Of a stretch of 64,000 nt of DNA, positions 1 to 11,900 are shown in pieces. A program made the position numbers and the translations under genes. Origin of the DNA: Takakia lepidozioides (taxonomy: Eukaryota > Plantae > Bryophyta); contig CM060732.1 of the NCBI GenBank assembly GCA_030704615.1, positions 20,646,001-20,710,000 on the forward strand, given 5' to 3'. Below the pieces are notes generated by a model that made no database searches, was not told the DNA's origin, and was given only the letters and a program-made list of their open reading frames with translations. The number at the start of each line of letters is the position of its first letter. Within the stretch, counting starts at the first letter, position 1.

Positions 1-1249
1 CCTGAATTTATTGTTTTTTTAATTTTTTCTTACTTATTGTTTTATTTTTGTCATTTGTTTTTACATGCAACCGGAGCGGCAGACGCTCTTTCCTGCACAT
101 TTGATTTGTTTTTCTATAATTTAAGTTAATATACATATTTTTTTTCCCGTAGGCTCATTCACGGGAGACCGTTGTCACAACGGTCACCCCGGAATTAATA
201 TTTATTAATTATGGAATTTCTGTAGTTCTGTTTTTAATTTTTTGATTTATTGATTTTTGTGAGCTACCGTCACAGCGGTCGCCTGGATTTTTCTATTTTT
301 TATTGTTTAGAAAATAAATAATATGACAGCCAGCTCCGGTGGTCCGAAATTTTTGAAGAAATACCCATAAAATAGAAAAACTCACAACCGCAAAGAGCTG
401 GTTCTGAGTTTCTTTAAGGAAAAAGCATCTTTAGGAAAACAATCCTGGACAGCCAGTCGTGTCTATTTTATATTTTATGAAAACAAATAAGAAAATCAGG
501 ACCACAATTTCTGCGGTCCACATTTCTAAGAGATTCAAAAGAAAATTGAAAATTGGGACCGCTCGCCCCGGTAGTGCTGAATTTTATTTTTTAAAAGCAA
601 ATCAGGACCGCCACTTTTACCTTCCAGAATTTTAAAGATAATCACGCAAAAAAAAATGCCCCAAGACCGCCGAAGCCCTGAAAAATAAATCAAATAAATT
701 AAAAAAAACAGAACTGTATAAATTTGATTAATAATAAATTAAAATAATCAATAACAAAGAAAATCCACAGTGACCGCTCTGACATGGTCTACCAAGAAAG
801 AGCCCGCGGGAAAAAGAAAAAATCAAAGGAGTTTAAATAATAGGAAAAATTACAAATATGGGCGAGGGAAAGAACGTCTGCCGCTGCGGTTGCCTGGAAA
901 AAACAAAAATGACGAAAAATTAAATTAAATTATGGAAAAGAGCGTCCGCGGTCGTTTGAGAAACCTAATTATGTAAAAAACTTTTCTTTGGAAAAAAAAC
1001 AAAATAAAATAAAATCCGGGCAACCGCTGTGGCAGTGGTTAGTCGCCTGGGACAGAGCACAAATGGGTCTCAAAAGTCGTCGGACACATGAGTATAAATG
1101 GGCCTTAAAAGTTAAAAGAGCTGCCCAAGCTGCCGCGGGTCTCCTAGGAATTAGATTGGGCAGGGACCACAAATGCGATAGCAAGACGAGCGCTTGAGCA
1201 GACTGCACCCCACGGAAGTGCATATGGTAACTATCGTCCATGTTTTCCC
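1..1249. mobile_element. Fold-back / long-TIR non-autonomous element (large imperfect palindrome, left end outside window)
   Basis: Arms pair: 68-95 GCAACCGGAGCGGCAGACGCTCTTTCC with 867-893 GGAAAGAACGTCTGCCGCTGCGGTTGC; ~138-190 with ~768-820; ~215-255 with ~681-725. Axis near 475. ACCG/CGGT cores are separated by A/T tracts. Right boundary (TTTTCCC, 1249) is a guess. Confidence 0.6.
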
Positions 1250-1769
1250 TGAAATCTTGGTAAATATAATTAATTTTTACTACGCCGCAGATTGTTTACT
1301 ATGATTGCAATTTAGGTTATTCGACTAGAAATGGTTTACATTATACTAAAGATGAGAGGAGTTTGGTTCAAGTTTGAGAATGTGTATTACAAACAACTGT
1401 GAGGTTGCAATTAAGAGGAAGTGCCCAAGATGGATGATGAAATTATGCGAAACTCATTTTTACAAATACTACAGAAAGATTTATATTATCTTTATGCTCT
1501 TGCCATTGTTGTTCATCATTCCATACTTACACCTTCCATACTTGCATGTGCTCCTCCACCGACTCAAGCTTTGGGAGTTGTGAAGAAAATCCCATTGCAT
1601 TTGATGTGGACATCGCAATGGGAGAGAGATAAACTGATGCGGCGTTTACAAACATTTTGGATTTATATAAGGAGGAATGACGAAAATGCAACAAAGGCCT
1701 TTTAGTAGCGAGACATTAGTTGCATATTCGTACTGAGCACGCAAGACAGATGTCACTTGAGCTTCGTCA

Positions 1770-2490
1770 TTCGAAGGCAAAATTGAGAAGATGAAGCACG
1801 AGCACATGAGACAGAAGACTTTGTCTACAAAACAAACATATCGTAAAGGCAGCGACTGACTTTGGTTTCAACGAATGCAAAAAATCATGGGGGTTCAACA
1901 AAAAGAGATGGTCTGTCAGGTGGTTGTGATCAAGGTTGAGCATCATGGGCCAATATAGATGACAGTTTTGGTAAGAACTCATCTCTTGACACCCAATTTC
2001 AGGACACTCATAGCTCTCATGTGATATGAAACACCGAGCCTCATGTTGGCAACATGTCACCACCTATAATTGACATTATAACACCTAAAGAAAGGTCAAT
2101 GCAGAATCCGCTAACTCCAAAGATGACATCTTGCAGAAAGCCTAAAGTAGCAGACAAACCTAATGCTCGCAAATGGTCATTGGCTGGTGCATCAAATTTG
2201 GCAAAAGCCATTGGCTAGTTTGCCGAAGGATTTACTAAGGTTGAGCGCCACAAACTTGAAAACAATGAAAAGATGACCGCAATGGTCATTCATGAGTCAA
2301 ATGAATGAATGACTTTGAAATTAAGAGAGTTGGAGATGAAGAGTTATCGAATGCAAGCTGCAAATGAACTAGAGAGCCATCGTTAAGCTGCAGATACACA
2401 GCTTATCATTGCAAACCTTCTTGCAACAATGATCAGAGGCAACAAAGTACCACGATTCCGGTTGATATCTATAGTTGACATTGTGACATA
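1770..2490 (+). pseudogene. Decayed trihelix-type Myb/SANT protein (probable PIF/Harbinger ORF1)
   Basis: Hand translation gives KIEKMKHEHMRQK...GSD*LWFQRMQKIMG (end of SANT domain) and LAKAIG*FAEGFTKVERHKLENNEKM...LRELEMK...QLIIANLLA (trihelix C-terminal coiled coil), with several in-frame stops. Confidence 0.6.
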
Positions 2491-2609
2491 ATTGTTCCAT
2501 ACATAGTTGGAATTTGACAAAAGTAGAGCCAATGGATGACTTCTTTCATATTATATGTAACGAAATTTGAATGTATGGAAAAAAATCATTATGTGTGAAA
2601 ATGAGACTA

Positions 2610-3530
2610 TTTTAGATATAGGCTAGTCTGTTTTGTTGACCACTTGCATGTCAGTTGGTAGGATGTCCGTCATTTTGGCTCATCGATGTCGAAATTCAAT
2701 GAGGTAGGTTTCATGGATAGCTAGTTTGATAATAAACATACACAAAGTTGAAAGAAGTGAAAAATAATTTTATGTACTGAAATGGGAGCACTTGAGATAT
2801 GGGAGTTCACTTTGTCAAACCACTATACTAACCATTTGTATGTTTATTTGAATAATAAGTGCCAAACTTTCTCACAATATCAAAATTGAGTGAGGCTTAT
2901 GGAAATGGTAGATAATGTTATACTTAATGTAATTAGAGTTGAAAGTTCTAAAGAATAACTAATTGTCTTAAAATTAGAGCTCTTCATGTATGTTTGTTGA
3001 TTTTCCAAGCCATAGTTTTGTCTCACGATGTTGGAATTCAATGAGGTAAGTTTTGATGGATAGTTAGCTTGATAATGAACATACATAAAGTTGAATGAAG
3101 TGAAAAATAATTTTATGTGCTGAAATGAGAGCACCTGAGATATGACAGTATACTGTGTCAAACCACTATATTAACCACTTGCATTTGAATAATAAGTACC
3201 AAACTTTATCACGATATCGAAATTGAGTGAGGCTCATGGACAAAGTAGATAATGTCATACTCAACGTAACCAGAGTTGAAAGATCTAATAAATATCTACT
3301 TGTCTTAAAATTAGAGCTCTTCATGTATGCTGGTTGATTTATCTAGCCATAGTGAATGTGAGTTGGTGGGGTGACCGTCATTTTGGCTCACGATGTCGAA
3401 ATTCAATGAGGTAAATTTTGATGAGTAGCTAGCTGAACATACAGAAAGTTGAAAGAAGTGCAAAATAATTGTATGTGCTGAAACGAGAGCACCTGAGATA
3501 TGGTAGTACACTGTGCCAAATCACTATCCC
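2610..3530. repeat. Tandem repeat, ~340-365 bp unit, ~2.6 copies
   Basis: The block TTTTGGCTCA(T)CGATGTCGAAATTCAATGAGGTA...AAAGTTGAAAGAAGTG...GAGCACCTGAGATATG recurs at ~2673, ~3016 and ~3381. Confidence 0.85.
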
Positions 3531-3954
3531 ACCTACTTCTAAGATATGAGTGTCTTATATGTATATATAAGTTTGAAACATGCTTGTACACATCTATCAT
3601 ATGAACTCATGAGTAGTCAATAAATCCGCAAAAATTGTCATTATAACTTCATATTCCCTTGTAGCGGCACGACATTCTCGCAACCACATCTTTCCCAAGT
3701 TATTCATGCGTCACTATGTAGAAAATGACATGCAAAATATCAAAATTCGATGATAAACCGTCAATGTACAGATACACACCTCAACACTACTCGCTACAAG
3801 GATTTCAAGTAGGAAAAATTTCTTAGAACTGCCTCGAATACCACATCAGTATGCATAACACATAGCATCAGGTTCTCATGAATTTCCAGATCTCTTCTAG
3901 CTTGAAAAATATGTTAAGACATTTTTGTTTGCTGCATGTAAGATTTGTCTTATA

Positions 3955-4335
3955 GCTTGTGCCTGAGGCCAATATATTGCCAAAGACAAAAACAATAGCA
4001 TAATCTTGGAGGCAATAACAGATCAATCGCTGTAGATTTGGCATGTTTTCCTTGGTTTGTATGGAAGCAACAATGACATTAACGTTCTTGGCATGTCTTC
4101 TTTGATTATAGAACTATTGGGCGGCGAAGGCAATGACATGTTTCGCTTCTACTTGTTGGCCGACGGGATTTATCCCCAATAGTCGTGTTCTGTACAGATA
4201 ATTCACGAAGCCCAAGACGAGAATAGATCTCAATTTGCAAAGATGCAGGAAGACCTATCAAAAAAAATGTTGAGCGATGTTTTGGTGTTTTGCAAACCAG
4301 ATTCGCAATTGTGGTGAACCCATGTAGACATTAGG
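3955..4335 (+). pseudogene. PIF/Harbinger (Pong-like, Plant_tran) DDE transposase fragment
   Basis: Translates as A*GQY..KDKNNSIILEAITDQSL*IWHVFLGLYGSNNDINVL...YLLADGIYPQ*...FAKMQE / frameshift / NVERCFGVLQTRFAIV. These match the family motifs GSNNDINVL, YLADGIYP and DVERAFGVLQ.RFAI. Confidence 0.9.
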
Positions 4336-4675
4336 ACACCGCCCCGTAAACGTGTGAGCATAGGGCTTGGGTCATGTGGCTCACAGCCCAGCTTAGCAGA
4401 AGTCAGAATCGTGGAAGATGATGGGCATAATACCGTGGATGCACACTTATGTCCGCGGAGATATGTATTACGTTACAACCTTAGATGAGATGATGACTGC
4501 GAATGACTACGAAAGATGTGGAATTGACAATCATACAGGAGATGGATGGCCAACAGAATCAGCTCTTCTCTGACTTTATGAAGCAACTCCAAATAACGGA
4601 TCCTACATTTTAACTATGATTTATGAGCTATTTTATTTTATTTTTTATTTGTTTTTAAATTTTTGCTAGGGGGGT

Positions 4676-4966
4676 ATTTGGGTAGATGTCGTGATCGTCG
4701 ACGATCATGACTTCTATTCCGATTTCTGATTTTTTTTATTTTTTTTATTTTTTTACACTGGCATTTGGGTAGATGGTACGATCGTCGACGATCATGACTT
4801 CTGCTCCAATTTCTGAATTTATTTTATTTTATTTTATTTTTCCATCTGCATTCGGGTAAATGTCATGATCGTCGACGATCCTGACTTCTTTTCTGATTTC
4901 TTAGTTTTTTTTATAATTTTTTTTCCGCCGGCATTTGGATAGATGTCATGATCTATTTCAGTTTAT

Positions 4967-5005
<39 letters not shown>

Positions 5006-6283
5006 CATCTGCATTTTGGTAGATGTCATAATCGTCGACGATCCTGACTTCTGCTGTGATTTCAGAGTTTCTTTTTCCTTATTTTTTTTTCACCCGCATT
5101 TGGGTAGATGCCATGATCGTCGACGATCATTACTTCTGCTCCGATTTTGAGTTTTTTTAAAATAAAATAAAATATGTAATATAATATAATTTTCCGCACA
5201 GATATTTGCGTAGGTATCATGATCGTCACTTCTGCTCTGATTTTTGAGTTTTTTTTTTCGCCGCATTTGGCTAGATGTCATGATCCTCGACAATGATGAT
5301 TTCCATTTGATTTCTGAGGTTTGTTTTTATATTTTATATTTTTTAATTCAGTTCGGTAGATATCATGATCGTTGTGTCATGACCGTCGACAATCATCACT
5401 TCTGCTCTGATTTCAAAGTTTTTTTTTTATAATTTTTTTTAATAATAAATTTTAACACTGACATTTGCGTAGATATCATGATCGTCAACGATGATCACTT
5501 CTGCTCTGATTTGTGTTTTTTTTTGTTTTTCTACATTTGGGTAGATGTCATGATCGTCGACGATCCTAACTTCTGCTCTGATTTCCGGGTTTTTTCTTTT
5601 TTTCTTATTTTTTTTCTTGCTGTTATTTGGCTAGATGTCATGATCGTCTACTCTGATTTATGATGTTTGTTTATTTATTTTATTTATTTTTATTCGCACC
5701 TACAGTTGAGTAGATATCACGATCGACAATTATCAATTCTGCTCTGATTTTTTCTGAGTTTTAATTAATTAATTATTATTATTTTTTTCTTTATTTTTTT
5801 CGCACCGGCACTTGCGTAGATCTCTTTGATTGTTAACGATCATCACTTTTACTCTGATTTCTGAATTTTGTTTTTTTTTTGGGAAAATTTGGTTAGATGT
5901 CATGATCATCGACGATCCTGACTTCTGATGATATATATATATATATATATATCCACCGACATTTGCATAGATTTCATGATTGTCAACGATCATCACTTCT
6001 GCTCTGATTTCTGATTTATTATTATTATTATTATTGTACATTTGGGTAGATGTCATGATCGTCGAAGATCTTGACTTGTGTTCCGATTTCCGAGTTTTTT
6101 TGTTTTTTTGTTTTTTTTCCTTATTTTTTTCCTCCGGCATTTGGATAGATGGCATGATCATCAAAGATCATGACTTCTCCTCCGATTTCTGAGGTTTTTT
6201 TAATTTAAAAAATTATATATATTCACACTGTCGTTTGGATAAATGTCATGAACGTCGGCGATCATTATTTCTACTTTGATTTC
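4676..6283. repeat. Array of ~19 palindromic ~56-bp cores separated by variable T-rich spacers
   Basis: Consensus GCATTTGGGTAGATGTCATGATCGTCGACGATCATGACTTCTGCTCCGATTTCTGA, whose central 24 bp are a perfect palindrome. Period ~70-105 bp. Confidence 0.9.
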
Positions 6284-6284
6284 C

Positions 6285-7370
6285 CCCGCTGCGACACCAT
6301 TACGACGCCCAGCCGTCGTAAAGTGACATGAAGGGGGAAATAGTGCCCTCGCTTCGACGGTTTTTTTTCCTTGCGATCCCCTGACGTCGGAAATCTAATT
6401 TTTATTTTTGGACGTTGCGACGCCTCGGCGTCGCAAAAGCGTCACTAAGGGCGCCCCAGCGCCTCTGCGACGCCAGGGCGTCGTAACAGCATCACCATAG
6501 TGAGAGATATATATATATATATTTTTATTACATTTGCGGCTCTCAACTTCACAAAAGCGTCGCTGGGGGCGCCCCGCGCTGGGACGCCCAACGTTGCGAC
6601 GTTAGGGGATCGCAATGGCGTCGCCACAGGGGGTCGCAATTGTGTTGTGGTCAGCTTAGGTCATCACAATGACGTCGCTTAGGGCGTCTGGCGGTGGGGG
6701 GGGTGCAACAACGACGACGATACTGGGGCTAGGGCTGGGCACTCAGGATGTGGAGGTTGCAACTCCCCGGCGTCACAAGAGAGACCCCCTTAGAAGGAAC
6801 TTGAAGGCTCTTGAAGGAAATCTTTATATGTGTATATATATATATTTAGATTATTTTTGTGATACATAGATGCAATATAGGTGTGTTGGTTAGTTTGTAG
6901 TGTCTTAGAAATGTTATAACGTGGAGGTCTTAGGTTCAAGTATGGATTGCATTGCATGATGTATGTAGAACAATGAACATATCGCCATTAGAGAGAACCG
7001 GAGTCAATGGTCAACGCCGGGGTCAATGGTCAACAAGTTTTTGAATTTCAAATTTCAAATTCGAATTTTCTCGCCTAAATTCAAATGTACCCCCTTAAAT
7101 TGTGACGTTCGGGCGTCGCACTTTGCGACCCCCAGACGGTGCTAATTCTGCAGAGTAGGTTTTTTTTTTTTTTCGATGTCCGGGCGTCGTAAATCGTGGT
7201 TTCGCCTATTTGCGACCCCTATTGGTCGCAAATTTGCGACGTTTTTTTGGCGACGCCCGGACGTCGCAAATTTATGTTTTTCCCCCTGCCCGAAAATGGT
7301 TGTTTTACGACGTCGCGGCGTGGCTGCGGCGTGGCCGCGACGTCGCAAACCCCCTATTTTTCATGTAGTG
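6285..7370. mobile_element. CACTA (En/Spm) element right end with subterminal repeats
   Basis: Ends ...CCCCTATTTTTCATGTAGTG (reverse complement CACTACATGAAAAATAGGGG) at 7370. Dense direct and inverted GCGACG/CGTCGC motifs at 6289-6700 and 7100-7350. No matching left end found. Confidence 0.75.
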
Positions 7371-7730
7371 TGGACATATTGATGAAGAGAGAGACTCAAG
7401 TGACGCTAACAATGCGGAAGAAAGCCCACAAACTAGAAAAGACAAAGAAGAGAAGATCAAAAAATTGTTAGGCAAGGCTACGAGTGCTCACGAGCTGCTG
7501 GCCAAGTCATTTTACAATGCAAAATTGAAGAGCGAGTCCAAAATAACTTTCCTAGAATCATCCGGATTAGATTATGAATAGGCCGTGCCATATTACAGTT
7601 TGTTGATTAGACGGTCCATTTGGTAGTCCACCATTTCTAGCAAAGCATTTGTACTTTGAAAGTTGTTCACCATGCTAGAGCTATTCTCTACTACTTTAAC
7701 AAACATTAAAAGAGCTTGAAAATGAGCTAG

Positions 7731-8331
7731 TTTCAGGACGAAAACATGACTGAACACAAATAAGAGATCAGGCTAGAGGTACAAGACTAGACAAGAAGTC
7801 AAGGTTGGCGTGGCCGAATGCATGATGGTTAAACATGAATCAAGATGATTTTTATAACAATGGACAAGAGTACAAGATACTGGAACTCGACTCGAATGCT
7901 GGAATGCTGGAAACTGGACTGGGGTACCAGATACTAGAAACTGGACTAGAGTACTAGAAGCTGAACTGGAGTACTGGGACTGGGAACAAGAGTAGCTTGA
8001 ACTTGTTTGGCGAGACTGAAGAGTGTTTAGTCTCGCCTCTTATATATACTAGCTACTAAGAAGTTCCCTAAGAAGCTTCCCCTATAGAGGTTTCTTGATG
8101 GAGAAGCTTCCTTAAACGAAGGAAGTATCTTGATGGAGAAGTTTCCTCCAAATAAAGCTTCCTAAGCAGTTCCCAAGTTACTCTTGGTAATTTGGTAAAC
8201 TCCCGATAATGTGGTAACTAATGATAAATCATGGTAGATCATGATAAATCATCGTAAGTCATGGTAACTTGGTAATTTGGTAACTTCTGGTATTTACTCC
8301 TGGTAAGTTCCTCTGGGCTATATCCGTGACA
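7731..8331 (-). repeat. 3' LTR
   Basis: TTTCAGGACG...CCGTGACA, a direct repeat of 13035-13652. Roughly 7-10% diverged by eye. Confidence 0.95.
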
Positions 8332-8346
8332 TCACCCCCTCCTCTA
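8332..8346 (-). other. Polypurine tract
   Basis: Minus strand AGAGGAGGGGGTGA lies immediately before the 3' LTR. Confidence 0.85.
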
Positions 8347-8928
8347 GCGCCGAGTTCCTCGAGGAGCGGTAAAATCTTGGACTTGCTTAGAGTTGGAGAA
8401 AATCCAAAATCCGGCGAATGGTACTTGCGAAGTATTCGGCTCTTCGTTCTTGACTCAAATGATTAATAGGTCCCTGCAACCATCGATAATATCCAACACA
8501 TTGAACTTGGGATCACGTAGTGATTTGAGCATTCTGATTTTCAAAACTGTCTTCAAACATGATTTCGTTGTCATCTGGGTCCGAAGCCTCAACCTCCAAT
8601 ATCAGACTTCGAGTAGGCTCCACTCGCCGTCGTACGGGGTCCAGACGAGGAAATACGCGTCACATTGGTGGCCCATCGTCTCGAGAGCGTCGGCGTGATG
8701 TTGAAGGTCGTGAGAGTCGGAACGGCTGATCTGGTAGTTAAGTAAGTGACAACTCCAATGTATCTGGTTCTTGTGATTCCATGCTGCCAATACAAGATGC
8801 AAGAGTGTTGGAAGTGTAGCTATATATACTGATGTGTGGTGCTCCTCCCTCCTTAGCGTGTATCAGGTACATTGAATGTGGAGTCTTCACCTTGAAGCTA
8901 ACTTGGCTGACATCATCGTTGTGACGTC

Positions 8929-11900
8929 TTATTGACGTGTAGATCGGGGTTTAGCTGGATATCATTGATGAAACTCTTGGACTTTGTCAGATGCATTGGC
9001 GAGGTTGGATGAAGGTTCCCACGTTCGTTCGCTGATGTCGTAGTCTTTCCAATGTACAAAATACTCAAGACGTTTATACTTGATGCGAGAGTCTAGGACT
9101 TCGTCGACTTCATACTCAATTTCCTGATTGACTTCGATTGGTGGAGGTGGTACGGAGACTCTCCCTGGAATATTCGATGGATGATACAACTCCAATAATG
9201 AAACATGAAAGACTGGATGGATGCGCATACTTTATGGGAGTTCAAGCCGAAAAGTGACCGGATTTATTTGTCGAATAATTTTGAATGGTCCCAGGCGTTG
9301 ATAATCCAACTTCTTTGATGGACGCGAGATTTGTATGTCCCGTCGAAGAAGCCACACACGATCTCCGACCTTGAATTGGGGTTGGAGTTGGCAATGTTGA
9401 TCTGCATACTCCTTGTATTGTTTTTGAGCTTTTGCGAGGTGCAATGTAGGCTCCTTGTGAATCGTAGCAAGATGAGTAGCAAGGTTTTCTGCAGCAAGGC
9501 TTCCAACAGTCTTCATGTGAAAAGGGTTTGCTCGAGGATGATGACCATAATTGGAGAGAAATGAAGTTTGTTTGGTCGAAGTATGTATAGTGTTGTTGTA
9601 GGCAAACTCAGCCAATGACAGAAGGTCCGTCCAATTATCTTGGTAATAATTTATCGTACAACAAAGATATTGTTCCAAAATCTGGTTTACACGTTCGGTT
9701 TGACCATCATTTGTGGATGATTAGCTGTAGAGAGATTGATCTTAGTATCCAATATGTGAAATAATCCCCTCCAGAAATTTGAAAGTCGTGTAGGTCCTGG
9801 AGGTACATAGAGAAGTCAATTTGAAATAAAATAAATCATCTTTGAATTCGAAGTCGTTTGCAACATGTGGGTTGTCTTAAGGTCGATTTAGTTGACTTCG
9901 TAGTCTCGTAGCAAATTGGGCGCTCTTCAGTGCTTCCTGAATCTCTTTTATGATCTCTGCATCGTCATAGGTGGACATGGATAGTATATTCAATTGAAGA
10001 TTTGTTGGTTTCAAGATGATGGATTTCTGTTGGTTGAAAGCTGCCTCACTTTTCTTCGGCGCAAGATACGATCGTCGAGAAAGAGCATCGATAGGTAATA
10101 ACAAAATTAAACCTTGCTAGTGACATACCCCATCTGGTTTGACGTCGATTCAAAACACGAGCACTCATAAAATATTCGAGATTTTTGTGATCGATGTAGA
10201 CAGTGACCTGATGTTTAGCTCCCTCCATTAGATGAAGCCACTCCTCAAAAACATCAATGATCGCGAGAAGTTCTTTATCATGGATACCATAATTGATCTC
10301 TGCAGCAGAAAATTTGCGAGAACGAAAACCAACAGGGTGAAGTCGGTCATCCGTATCGTATTGAGAGAGTATAGCTCCAAGTGCAAAGTCCGATGCATCT
10401 GCTTCCAAGAAGAATGGTTTAGATGGGTCTGCATATACCAGTATTTGGAGCCGTTGTAAATGTCTACTTCAGCCTTTCAAATGTCTGGTCAGCCTTCTTG
10501 TCCCATACAAATTTGTCCTTCCTTGTGAGTCGTACCAATGGTGCAACAATTTTGAAGTAGTCCTTGATGAAGATTCTATAGAAATTTGCAAATCCCAGAA
10601 AACATTATACATCTAGGACCAAAGTTGGTTTAATCCAGTCGATGATGGTTTGTATTTTCTTCTGATCCATAAAGACGTCTTTGTCGGAAATAATGTAGCC
10701 CATAAATTCGACCTCAGATTGATGAAAAAGTCATTTTTCCAACTTGGCATATAGTCCTCTTTCTCTTAATTTATCAAGGACAAGACGTACATGGTGGCCA
10801 TGTTCTTCTTCACTCTATGAAAATATCAAAATGTCGTCCAAATAGATGACTACAAAGTCATCTAAAAATTCTCGAAAGATGTCATTCATCATATGTTAGA
10901 AAATTGCTGGAGCATCTGTAAGACCAAAAGGCATAATACTGTATTCAAAATGTCCATATCTTGTTCAAAAAGCTGTTTTCTATTCGTCTCCTTCTTTTAT
11001 CCGTACAAGGTTATAAGCTCATCTCAAGTCAATTTTAGTGAAAATCTTTGCTCGTCCCAGCTGGTCGAGAAACCCAAAAATCAGCGGCAACGAATAACGA
11101 TTCTTAATTGTGATTTTGTTGAGACCGCGATAGTCTATACACATGCATAATGTTTTTTTTTTTCACAAACAAGATAGGCGTTCCCGCAGGTGATTTTGAA
11201 TGTCGGATGAAGTGCTTCGACAAATTTTCATCAATGTATTCACGTAATGCAGCCAACTCCGTCTGGGATAAGTTATAGATTGGGCCGAATGGTGGTTGGG
11301 CTCCTTCTTGTAACTCAATTGCATAGTCACGAGGTCGATGTTCTAGCAATATGTCTGCATTTTTTTTCTCGAAGACATCCTTGAAATCTTGATATTGAGC
11401 GGATAATGTTGCAGTACCTTTGTCTGTTGTGGTCTTGATCGGAATCGCATAAAGTGCAAATGCCGCATCTTTTTTGGTAGCTCTCATGAAAGCTCTAGCT
11501 TCAAGGAACAAAGGTTGAATACCTTTGATATTTCTACATTTTTGTCTTGCAGAATTTTTTGCGATCGCCAGTCGATGTCAGGATTGTGAAGTACGAACTA
11601 GGGAAGTCCAAGGATCACATGATTTGTTGGAGACTGGATGACGTTGAAAACAATATGTGATGTTTGATCTTTAAGCTTCACTTCAAGTGGTTGAGTTTCA
11701 TGGTCCACATTTCCTGATGCTAACGGTCATTTATCGATGAAAGTTTCTTCTTTACGAGCGTTAAATTGTGTTGCTTCGCAAAAAAATTGTCCATAAAACA
11801 GGCTGAAGCCCCTGAGTCTAAAAGTGCTTTTATAGAGATATCTCGATTTTGTACTTTGATTTTTACTGGAACTGTGAAGCAAGGTGCAGGATCTGGAGGT

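Noticed and set aside
3712-3730. Left CACTA terminus CACTATGTAGAAAAT
   Set aside because: Poor match to the right TIR, no subterminal repeats and no matching 3-bp TSD.
4935-6192. Phe/Asp-rich ORFs in the palindrome array
   Set aside because: Translations of poly-T tracts and repeat cores.
4676-6283. True CRISPR array
   Set aside because: Eukaryotic context, degenerate repeats, homopolymer/microsatellite spacers and no cas genes.
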